The notes under the pieces were generated by a model that searched no databases, was not told the DNA's origin, and was given only the letters and a program-made list of their open reading frames with translations. The position numbers and the translations under genes were made by a program. This document shows, piece by piece, positions 8,488 through 16,477 of a stretch of 64,000 nt of DNA (the first letter of the stretch is position 1; every line of letters begins with the position of its first letter). Source of the DNA: Thermoplasmata archaeon (GTDB lineage Archaea; Thermoplasmatota; Thermoplasmata; RBG-16-68-12; JAGMCJ01); contig JBHIFJ010000003.1 of the NCBI GenBank assembly GCA_046761045.1, positions 4,835-68,834 of the forward strand, written 5' to 3'.

Positions 8488-11319
8488 ATGATGAACGGGA
8501 AGAAACTAAGTGGAGTATCCGTCATCCTTTCTCTTGTTCTCGTGAGTGTGTTGGTCGTGGGATTGTTCCCGATCGGCGCACTCGCAGGAGAAGAGACAAG
8601 GGCGGAGAATATCTTGAGGGTGGGCGCCCAAGACGACACCAAGACCAGAAATATCTTCGGTGCAACAGATGTGTGGACATCGAATGTCTTGACGCCTGTG
8701 TATGAAGGTGTGGGTCAGGTAGACCCAGACACCGAGGACCCGATTCCCTATATCTTGAAAGGGATCGATGCCGATGACGATGGTGTATTAGATTTGGATG
8801 AGTACGGGGTCTACGGGAAAGAGACAGGAACTGAGGGCCGTGAGGTCACTGCCTACTATGATATGAACTGGGTGTACTCTCATGACGGCGTCCAGATGAC
8901 CATGGATGACCTGCTTTTCGGATACCACATAAACGCGCTGGATCCCCTCACGATATCCCTGGACGTTCTGAAGGACAAGAACAATCTCCCCGGGTCAAAC
9001 TACTCAACGAGCCGGTGGCTGAACGTTTGGCCGGTCCAGGGCAGCTGGGATCCTGCAATACCACTCGGACCCGACACTAGCCTGACATTCGCCCTTCATT
9101 TCTCGCAAACGGCAGACTACGCCAACTTCGTGAAGTACACGCTCAACGGTGCAACGGTAATGCCAAGACATGTCTGGGAGGGAACGGGCAAGATCTGTTT
9201 GGAGGCCACCAATGGTGTCTGCACCTCTTGGAAGGAGAACATTCACGCGGACTTCGGCTATGCATACGATCCAGTGACGCACAATGGCGTCCCTGCCGCG
9301 GCGCAGAACTCTTTTTCATACAGTGCCGCCGAGGAGTGGTTGCCAAGCGATGATGAGGTCATTGGAACTGGAGCATTCGAGTTCGACATCTGGAATCCCG
9401 GTGTGTCTGCCTTGCTCAACAGGTTCGAGGACTACTTCGGCGATGCCCTTGCCTGTACCAAGGACCCTGTGTCAGGGAAGTGCGCTGGCGAGTTCTACAA
9501 GTACATGCACAAACCCTACATCGAGGGGATGCTGTTCAAGATCTACAAGACGGCACAGGCAGCCGTCTTTGCGCTTCAGGCGGGAGAGATTGACGTTGTC
9601 TCCTGGTCCGTTCCTCCTGAGTTCGTCGGTGGACTGTTGGTCGACCCGAACATAGGAATCTTCAACACCGCCGAGAAGGGTTTCTTCTATCTTAGCTACA
9701 ACATGAGGATGTCTCCATTCGGCTATCCCAACAATGATCCGTCGCTGGGTGACGATGGTTTGTACCTGAGGAAGGCAATGGCCCATGTCATCGACAAGAA
9801 GACGATCGTGACGACGCTGCTGCAGAACTTCGGCGTTGCCGGAGACCAGCCGGTTAGTCCCGCCTTCACAACATTCTACAACGGCTCGGTTCAGAAGTAT
9901 GATTTCGAGCTGGATGCCGCAAGGCAACTTCTGGATGACCACTATACGGTTGGCGGACTCAGTCTCGGCTACGGACCCAACGGATACAGGAACCTTCCGA
10001 CCATAGGAGACCGCCCTGTCGACATACTGTGTCCGCAGGCAGACTACGATCCGATCAGGGCATCAGCATGCAACATGATCGCGGCAAACGCGAGGGACGT
10101 TGGACTGAACTTCCACGCAAAGCTCCTCGCATTCGGAGAGATCGTGACCAGACTCGACAATCGCGACATGGAGATGTGGGTCCTAGGGTGGAGAATCGGC
10201 TCAGATCCTCCAGACTACTATCACGCCTTCTTCTATTCTGGCAATGCACCTGCGGGGCAGAACTATGAGGGATTCCAGAACGAGACCTTTGATAATCTGA
10301 TTACCGCCGCTCGGGCAACGCTAGACGCAGACGAGCAGGCTGAACTGATTAAGGAGTGCAGCGGAATCCTCATGGATGCCGTGCCCTACGATGTCCTCTA
10401 CTTCAGAACGAACATCGAGGCCTACAGGTCGGATAGGTACGACAATTGGACCGTCGGACCCGCCGGATCCATTTTCGGAGGGTCCTTCTGGTCCAGGATA
10501 GGAATCCATGCGCCCTCTCCGGACGCATTGACGATTTCACCGCCAGTGATGAAATCCGATGTTGCATCAGGTTCGACCGAGGACGTTGCGGCCACGGTGA
10601 GGGATCCTGACGGCAATGTGGTGGCAGGCGCTCCCGTTCAGATGACACTGAGCGGTTCCGGGGCCCTCGGCAACCTGAGCATTCCTGGTGGAGAAACCGG
10701 AACTACCGTCAATGGCGTGACGAACATCAACGGGAAGTTGGTCGCGAAGTACCTCGCACCCACGGTGGCGAACGAGACAGAAGTGTTTGTATCCGCGCAG
10801 GCACTAGAGTTTGGGGAATATCCCGCCTCAACTGTGCAGTTCTCCCGAGTGGATGTTCATCCCCCAGGCACCCAATTCCTATCGGTACTGGTGGAACCGA
10901 CCTTCTTCGCTATTGAAGAGGGCGGTACGATGACAATCGAGGTGACGGTTACCGACCAGGCCGGCGTGGCTGTGGATGGAGCGCTTGTCAATCTGGTGAC
11001 GATTCCGTCAGGACCAACGCTCGCTCCAGACTCCGGAACAACGATAGTTGGATCAATCGGTACGATTGTCTTCACTGCGCCTGAGTCACTTCCGGAAGGC
11101 CTGGAGGAGCAGCTGTACACACTGACGGTCACCGCCAACCTGACCGGATACCTCCCAGCCGAAGACTCGAAGGATATCACTATCCTAGCTCCGACTTTGG
11201 CTGGAGGAGGCGGCGGTTCCAGAACGGAAGTTCCGGCGCTCGATGTCGTCGCGACCGTGGCGGTCATCGCGCTCGTGACCGTGAGCCTTGCTGTATACCG
11301 TGGAACGAAGAGAAGGTAA
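8488..11319 (+). CDS. ABC transporter substrate-binding protein, family 5 (Opp/Dpp type), with C-terminal Ig-like domains and a TM anchor
   Basis: The start is set at ATG 8488 after GGAGGA (the track start 8461 is GTG). A signal-anchor precedes a family-5 SBP core (YKTAQAAVFALQAGEIDV, FFYLSYNMR, LRKAMAHVIDK, GWRIGSDPPDYY). Two Big_1-like repeats, a Gly-rich linker, a TM helix and a KRR tail follow. Confidence 0.85.
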   Translation: MMNGKKLSGVSVILSLVLVSVLVVGLFPIGALAGEETRAENILRVGAQDDTKTRNIFGATDVWTSNVLTPVYEGVGQVDPDTEDPIPYILKGIDADDDGVLDLDEYGVYGKETGTEGREVTAYYDMNWVYSHDGVQMTMDDLLFGYHINALDPLTISLDVLKDKNNLPGSNYSTSRWLNVWPVQGSWDPAIPLGPDTSLTFALHFSQTADYANFVKYTLNGATVMPRHVWEGTGKICLEATNGVCTSWKENIHADFGYAYDPVTHNGVPAAAQNSFSYSAAEEWLPSDDEVIGTGAFEFDIWNPGVSALLNRFEDYFGDALACTKDPVSGKCAGEFYKYMHKPYIEGMLFKIYKTAQAAVFALQAGEIDVVSWSVPPEFVGGLLVDPNIGIFNTAEKGFFYLSYNMRMSPFGYPNNDPSLGDDGLYLRKAMAHVIDKKTIVTTLLQNFGVAGDQPVSPAFTTFYNGSVQKYDFELDAARQLLDDHYTVGGLSLGYGPNGYRNLPTIGDRPVDILCPQADYDPIRASACNMIAANARDVGLNFHAKLLAFGEIVTRLDNRDMEMWVLGWRIGSDPPDYYHAFFYSGNAPAGQNYEGFQNETFDNLITAARATLDADEQAELIKECSGILMDAVPYDVLYFRTNIEAYRSDRYDNWTVGPAGSIFGGSFWSRIGIHAPSPDALTISPPVMKSDVASGSTEDVAATVRDPDGNVVAGAPVQMTLSGSGALGNLSIPGGETGTTVNGVTNINGKLVAKYLAPTVANETEVFVSAQALEFGEYPASTVQFSRVDVHPPGTQFLSVLVEPTFFAIEEGGTMTIEVTVTDQAGVAVDGALVNLVTIPSGPTLAPDSGTTIVGSIGTIVFTAPESLPEGLEEQLYTLTVTANLTGYLPAEDSKDITILAPTLAGGGGGSRTEVPALDVVATVAVIALVTVSLAVYRGTKRR
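9448..9627 (+). repeat. Near-identical 180-nt tract shared with the paralogous SBP gene (copy A)
   Basis: Hand alignment to the reverse complement of 33554..33733 gives 6 mismatches in 180 nt. A run of 93 nt (9535..9627) is identical. Confidence 0.85.
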
Positions 11320-11337
11320 ACCCTTCTCACCCTTCCC

Positions 11338-11346
11338 TTTATTTTT
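11338..11346 (+). terminator. Oligo-T tract after the binding-protein gene (candidate archaeal terminator)
   Basis: The tract TTTATTTTT lies 19 nt after the TAA stop at 11317-11319. It is directly upstream of the internal promoter copy 3. Confidence 0.35.
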
Positions 11347-11382
11347 GGGCCCCGCGACGAGCCATTCGTGAGCCCACTGGCT

Positions 11383-11411
11383 ACAAAATCCCGTACAAAT
11401 GACGTTAAATA
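11383..11411 (+). promoter_or_regulatory. Shared operator-plus-TATA element, copy 3 (internal promoter for the permease and ATPase genes)
   Basis: The sequence ACAAAATCCCGTACAAATGACGTTAAATA ends 33 nt before ATG 11445. Confidence 0.65.
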
Positions 11412-11444
11412 TTAGATGAAGTATTGTTTGGCTCGGTAGTTCTT

Positions 11445-13157
11445 ATGAGACTGAGAAGCTTCCTCATCAGGAGGGCCTTACACACAGTCATCACGCTTGT
11501 TGTCATCCTGGTCCTCCTGTTCATAATCTTCAGAATGATGCCCGGGGATCCGACGAGATTCTTCATTGAACCGGGACAGCCACCGGACGTCAGGGACCGG
11601 CTTCTTGTCGATTTTGGATTCTCCAAGTGGACGACCGCTCCCGGAGTCTATCGTGTGGCCTCCTTCGAGGCCTTCGATGATGGTGCATACGGGATCAGGG
11701 TGGAAGTCAATGCCACAGGCGTCATCGAACCCCCTGAGTTCCACAATGAAACCCTTTACTCTTCATACGTGAGGGCGAAGCGATACTTCCCGAGCGAGGA
11801 TCCCTTGGTGATTTGGAATGTAACGTTCTCCGAGGCTCCCACGGGCAACATCACCGTGGGCCAGACCTTTAACGTTACTTTCGATGTGAAGTCACCGGAG
11901 GGAATGACAAGGATAGTCTCAATTGACCTGGTTAGAAACGATGACCCCAACCAGACGGTGACGCTCAACCTCACAGGGTCAGGTGCTCAGATTGGCGCGA
12001 GCGGTCAGTGGGGGAGATACACCACGACAATGAGCGCCACTCAGCCTGGGTTCTATAGAATGACCCTGTCCGTCCATGATTCCACGCTCGGTCTCACAGA
12101 AGAAGCGGAGTACGGCTACGCGGTCAATCCAAGCGACATTCATCCCTTTCAGCTCGTTGTTGGTGAGGGCAACATTTTCACCTCACGCAATGTGTTCGCG
12201 GAATCGATCGGGGAGCTGACCCTCGCCGTCAAGGTGGAGGTCGAAGGCAAGCTCGTACCCATCGACGACTCTGGCTTGGTGGGATATGTCACCTCTCCGA
12301 CGGGAGAGGTCTCCACGCTCCAGCCCCCTGATCAGCTGATACACCCTCAGATAGTGGTTCCGCTTCCAGTGTGGGAGCAATTCTGGGAGTACTTCACTTC
12401 CATGATAACAGGTGATTTCGGGATTTCCTTCTTCTCCAAGCGACCTGTTTGGGTTGAGATTGCCCAAAGGGCGCCCGCCACAATCCTCCTCTTCGGGACC
12501 GCACTTGCTCTTTCTGCCCTTATCGGCATCGGCATCGGAGCGATACTGGCGTGGCGGCGGGGAACAAGCCTGGAGATGTCAGCCATCGTTGTCAGCCTGT
12601 TCTTCTACTCCATGCCACTGTTCTGGTTTGGATTGATTCTGCTCTGGGCATTCGGCTTCAGGCTTCAGTGGTTCCCATTGGGCGGGATAGGCGGTGTGGA
12701 CGAAGCCGGAAGGCCACTTGAAGGCCTTGCCTATATCGCCGACATCTTGTGGCACATGACACTTCCCCTGGTCACGCTTATGATGGTCAATCTGGCGGGA
12801 TACGTCCTCCTCATGCGAAACTCGATGCTTGAAGTTCTCGGAGAGGACTATGTCACAACCGCAAAGGCCAAGGGCCTGAGCGAGAGGACCGTGATGTACA
12901 AGCATGCGGCAAGGAACGCGCTTCTGCCCGTTGCCACGGTCATCGCCCTTGGCGTGGGTGGCGTCATCAGTGGTGGCGTTCTCACGGAGACGATATTCTC
13001 CTGGCCCGGAATGGGCTACTTCCTTGTAACCTCCACGATACAGCAGGACTACCCAGCGGTTCAGGGTACATTCTTCCTCCTGGCAATAATGACTGTGCTG
13101 GCGAACGTGGCTGCAGACGTGCTGTATGCCTACCTTGATCCAAGGGTGAGGTTGTAG
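11445..13157 (+). CDS. ABC permease, OppB/DppB type, with an extracytoplasmic insertion of about 245 aa
   Basis: The start MRLRSFLIRRALHTVITLVV is a typical OppB N-terminus (the track start 11424 is TTG). Conserved GDFGISF and EDYVTTAKAKGL (EAA-loop) blocks are present. A beta-rich, sequon-rich insert separates TM1 from the GDFG block. Confidence 0.85.
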   Translation: MRLRSFLIRRALHTVITLVVILVLLFIIFRMMPGDPTRFFIEPGQPPDVRDRLLVDFGFSKWTTAPGVYRVASFEAFDDGAYGIRVEVNATGVIEPPEFHNETLYSSYVRAKRYFPSEDPLVIWNVTFSEAPTGNITVGQTFNVTFDVKSPEGMTRIVSIDLVRNDDPNQTVTLNLTGSGAQIGASGQWGRYTTTMSATQPGFYRMTLSVHDSTLGLTEEAEYGYAVNPSDIHPFQLVVGEGNIFTSRNVFAESIGELTLAVKVEVEGKLVPIDDSGLVGYVTSPTGEVSTLQPPDQLIHPQIVVPLPVWEQFWEYFTSMITGDFGISFFSKRPVWVEIAQRAPATILLFGTALALSALIGIGIGAILAWRRGTSLEMSAIVVSLFFYSMPLFWFGLILLWAFGFRLQWFPLGGIGGVDEAGRPLEGLAYIADILWHMTLPLVTLMMVNLAGYVLLMRNSMLEVLGEDYVTTAKAKGLSERTVMYKHAARNALLPVATVIALGVGGVISGGVLTETIFSWPGMGYFLVTSTIQQDYPAVQGTFFLLAIMTVLANVAADVLYAYLDPRVRL

Positions 13158-13158
13158 C

Positions 13159-16100
13159 ATGGTGTCCAAGCAGAGACTTTATGAGAGGTTTCGAAGCTAC
13201 TACAAGGCCTTCAAGCAGAACTGGGATCTCTTCAAGGCGAGCAGGATTGGCCTTGTTGGTCTTGGAATCCTCGTGTTCTTCTTGGTGATAGCTCTAATCA
13301 CGCCGGCCCTGAATCTTCGCGATCCCATAAACTGGAGAGCCCCCGAAGAGGATCTGATTAGGGTCGACCAGTACTGGTACGTTGACACATCAACGGTGCT
13401 GTTCAAGGCTGGAGACCCCATCAACACATCCATTGCCTTCAGGCTCATACCAAAGGAACTAGACCCCTCTTCGGATCGAATCTATTTCGCCTCCGGAGAT
13501 AAGGTCATTGCCCTGCGCCCGTCAACAGGACAGTCCGTTTGGTATGTCGGCAGCGAGTCCGATAAGGTTTGCTGTTTCCAAGCCGATTCCACGGTGACCG
13601 CGGGGCCGGTCGTGGTCAACTACGGTTCGGTCGACAGCCCGGAGTTCGCAGACTGGGTCCTGTATTTCGGAACTGAGAGCGGGGAGTTCTACCAGCTGAA
13701 TGAGGCTGGAACCCTCGAGATCGACCTGACGAGACGATCCTCACACATACCAACGGGGGAGGATGTCTTCACGGCCACGCTCGATAGCACCGTAACGGGT
13801 ATTGCCGTTTTCGCGGACGAGACATCCAATCGAAGGGCATATGAGAGGGTTTTCGTCGGGACCGAGGAGGGGAAGGTGTATGCCTTTTCCAGCATTTGGA
13901 AGGACGACGAGACCTGGTTCTACAATGTCAGCTCCAACCAATGGATGAGAGCATATCCGCAGGAACGTCCCTTCCCTCAAGACCGGCACGTCATGGCATA
14001 CAGTCCAGAGTCAAAGAAGGTCCTCCTCGTCAGCGGAGACAACGGTGTTGGGTCTCAGAGCGCGGACCTGGTCCAGACGTGGATATTCAACCTCACCAGT
14101 AAGGAGTGGACTGAGTTGGACAACCTCTCGAGTGCGCCCCCTTACAGGCGAGAGAGCGCAATGGCCTACGTTCCAAGCTGGAATTCCGCACTGATGTACG
14201 GTGGGAAGCAGAAGACCTCAATACTGGATGATATGTGGCAGTTCAACTTCACTACTGAGAGATGGAATCAGGTGAACTATAGCGGCGCCCCCGATTGGAG
14301 AAGCGGGCACTCGATGGCATACAGCAGCGGTGACAACGCAGTCTACATGTTCGGGGGAAGAGTTACGGACCTTAACAAGACGTTGAAGCTGAACCTCACA
14401 AGTCTTACGTGGTCTGATGTGCCGACTAACTCAAGCGCAATCGCCCGGATGGGCACATCCATGATATATGATGCTGCGAAGAACAGACTCATCATATTCG
14501 GTGGCGAAGAGTACGTTGAGGACAACGATAACAATCAGACCAAACTCTTGAACCTCTCCTCAGGTCAGTGGGGATACATCGAGAGCCCTCAGGACCTGAC
14601 CCCGAGGGCATGGCAGTCCCTCGCCTATGACAGTGTCACGAACACTGCAATTCTCTTTGGCGGTCTCGGCACGAACCCCGAGCGAATACAGGAAACGTGG
14701 CAGTTGAACCTCACGACCGACAACTGGACTCAACTGAACACAACCCTCATGCCCTCTGCACGTCACGGTTCCTCAACGGTCTTCTTGGACAGCTCGGAGA
14801 TGTTCCTCTTCGGGGGAGATGACTATCAACCCAGCGAGCTTTGGAACATGACAGCGCCTCGAGGACCAATCGTGATGGCGGATCTTCCCTTGATGATCAA
14901 GAATTCTCCCATGTTCTCACCCGCCGTTGCCTACTCCTCGGGCGGGAGCTATTCTGGTGAATACCTTGTCTTCAATGCTGGAGGATATCTGGCCAATGTC
15001 TTCACAAGGAACGGGTCATATGTATGGACCGATGAGGCCGCTCACGGATACATCTTGAACGGCACAATACTGATAGGAGACGATTGGTCTACGGCGCCGA
15101 TAATCTCCCAGCCAGAAGGCTCTATTCCTCCCCTGATATTCCTGGGGACCAGCAACGGTTTCATACACGCATTCTATCCCGAGGACGGAGGGGTCTACGA
15201 ACCTTGGGTCACGATCCCTCCTGGAGAGGAGTTCCCGGACGGAAAGCAGAACCAGAACAACTCCATAATCGGGATACAGGTCGCGAGGACCATCCTGGAC
15301 ATAGATGGGGGCGTTCTGACAAGGCCAGAGCCGTATGGCTCATACGTTTACGTGGGCTCGAGCACGGGCACCTTCTATGCCATCCAAAGGGACAGAATCA
15401 GGGAGCTGCCCGCGGGCAGGGCGCGCGGAATCTTTGAGGTACCTGTGCAACCAAGGGAGCAGTTCGTGTTCAACACACCCCCCTACTATCTCGTCGGGTC
15501 AAGTATCGTTCTCATTGCTGGATACAATGACAACGGAACCGCGAACGACTGGACCGATGACAGGAGCACGATATATTCCTTCAACACAGATGGCACTGTC
15601 TCATGGAAGCAGACATTTGATGCACGGATTAATGGCGCACTCAATGTGTGGAGGGACGAGCCTGGTTCCCGCCATCTCCACAAGAGCGTCTTTGCCGGAA
15701 TGACCGACGGAACGATTCAGGTCTATTCATCAAGCGGTGAGTACCTCGCTCCATTGCCGCCCACGTGGATGTCCTCCGTCCCAAGCGGAAACACGTATTG
15801 GCTCGGCACGGACAACCAGGGGAGGGACCTGTACAGTCAATGGATGTGGGGCACCCGTGTGGCTTTGACGGTCGGGCTGTTGGCGGCTTTCTTCTCCATT
15901 TCCATTGGCACGATCATAGGGCTGGTCTCTGGATATACCGGGGGCAAGGTCGACTCCGTTTTGATGAGATTCACGGACGTGATACTTGTCCTTCCAGGTC
16001 TCCCGCTCGTCATCATCCTGGCCGCTGTCCTCGGTGCCGGGATATGGAACATCATTCTGGTCATAACAATAGTGGGTTGGCCGGGAACAGCCAGAGTCAT

Positions 16101-16467
16101 AAGGTCCGAGGTTCTCTCTTTGAAGGAAAGGCCGTTCATCGACTCAGCGAGAGTAACGGGGGCAAGTAACATCAGGATAATGTTCAAACACATTGCCCCA
16201 AACGTCCTCCCGCTCGCCTTCCTCTACATGACGTTCGCCGTGAGCGGTGCGATTCTCACCGAGGCGGCACTGAGCTTCATCGGCCTAGGGGATGTGAACA
16301 CACCCAGCTGGGGACAGATGTTGATGTTCATCCAACAGTCCAACGTCCTGGGTTCCTGGTGGTGGCTTCTCCCGCCGGGTCTGGGCATCACATTCCTCTC
16401 GCTCGCGTTCTATCTAATCGGCAGAGGATATGAGCAAATAGTCAATCCACGTCTGAGGCAGAGGTGA
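13159..16467 (+). CDS. ABC permease, OppC/DppC type, carrying an ectodomain of about 830 aa built from nested beta-propeller repeats
   Basis: The 1102-aa product has an N-terminal TM helix. The canonical OppC core appears only from about residue 870 (YWLGTDNQGRDLYSQWMWGTRVAL ... PFIDSARVTGAS ...). Between the two lie six Kelch-like blades flanked by PQQ/BamB-like blades. Confidence 0.85.
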   Translation: MVSKQRLYERFRSYYKAFKQNWDLFKASRIGLVGLGILVFFLVIALITPALNLRDPINWRAPEEDLIRVDQYWYVDTSTVLFKAGDPINTSIAFRLIPKELDPSSDRIYFASGDKVIALRPSTGQSVWYVGSESDKVCCFQADSTVTAGPVVVNYGSVDSPEFADWVLYFGTESGEFYQLNEAGTLEIDLTRRSSHIPTGEDVFTATLDSTVTGIAVFADETSNRRAYERVFVGTEEGKVYAFSSIWKDDETWFYNVSSNQWMRAYPQERPFPQDRHVMAYSPESKKVLLVSGDNGVGSQSADLVQTWIFNLTSKEWTELDNLSSAPPYRRESAMAYVPSWNSALMYGGKQKTSILDDMWQFNFTTERWNQVNYSGAPDWRSGHSMAYSSGDNAVYMFGGRVTDLNKTLKLNLTSLTWSDVPTNSSAIARMGTSMIYDAAKNRLIIFGGEEYVEDNDNNQTKLLNLSSGQWGYIESPQDLTPRAWQSLAYDSVTNTAILFGGLGTNPERIQETWQLNLTTDNWTQLNTTLMPSARHGSSTVFLDSSEMFLFGGDDYQPSELWNMTAPRGPIVMADLPLMIKNSPMFSPAVAYSSGGSYSGEYLVFNAGGYLANVFTRNGSYVWTDEAAHGYILNGTILIGDDWSTAPIISQPEGSIPPLIFLGTSNGFIHAFYPEDGGVYEPWVTIPPGEEFPDGKQNQNNSIIGIQVARTILDIDGGVLTRPEPYGSYVYVGSSTGTFYAIQRDRIRELPAGRARGIFEVPVQPREQFVFNTPPYYLVGSSIVLIAGYNDNGTANDWTDDRSTIYSFNTDGTVSWKQTFDARINGALNVWRDEPGSRHLHKSVFAGMTDGTIQVYSSSGEYLAPLPPTWMSSVPSGNTYWLGTDNQGRDLYSQWMWGTRVALTVGLLAAFFSISIGTIIGLVSGYTGGKVDSVLMRFTDVILVLPGLPLVIILAAVLGAGIWNIILVITIVGWPGTARVIRSEVLSLKERPFIDSARVTGASNIRIMFKHIAPNVLPLAFLYMTFAVSGAILTEAALSFIGLGDVNTPSWGQMLMFIQQSNVLGSWWWLLPPGLGITFLSLAFYLIGRGYEQIVNPRLRQR

Positions 16468-16477
16468 TCCGGTGGCG

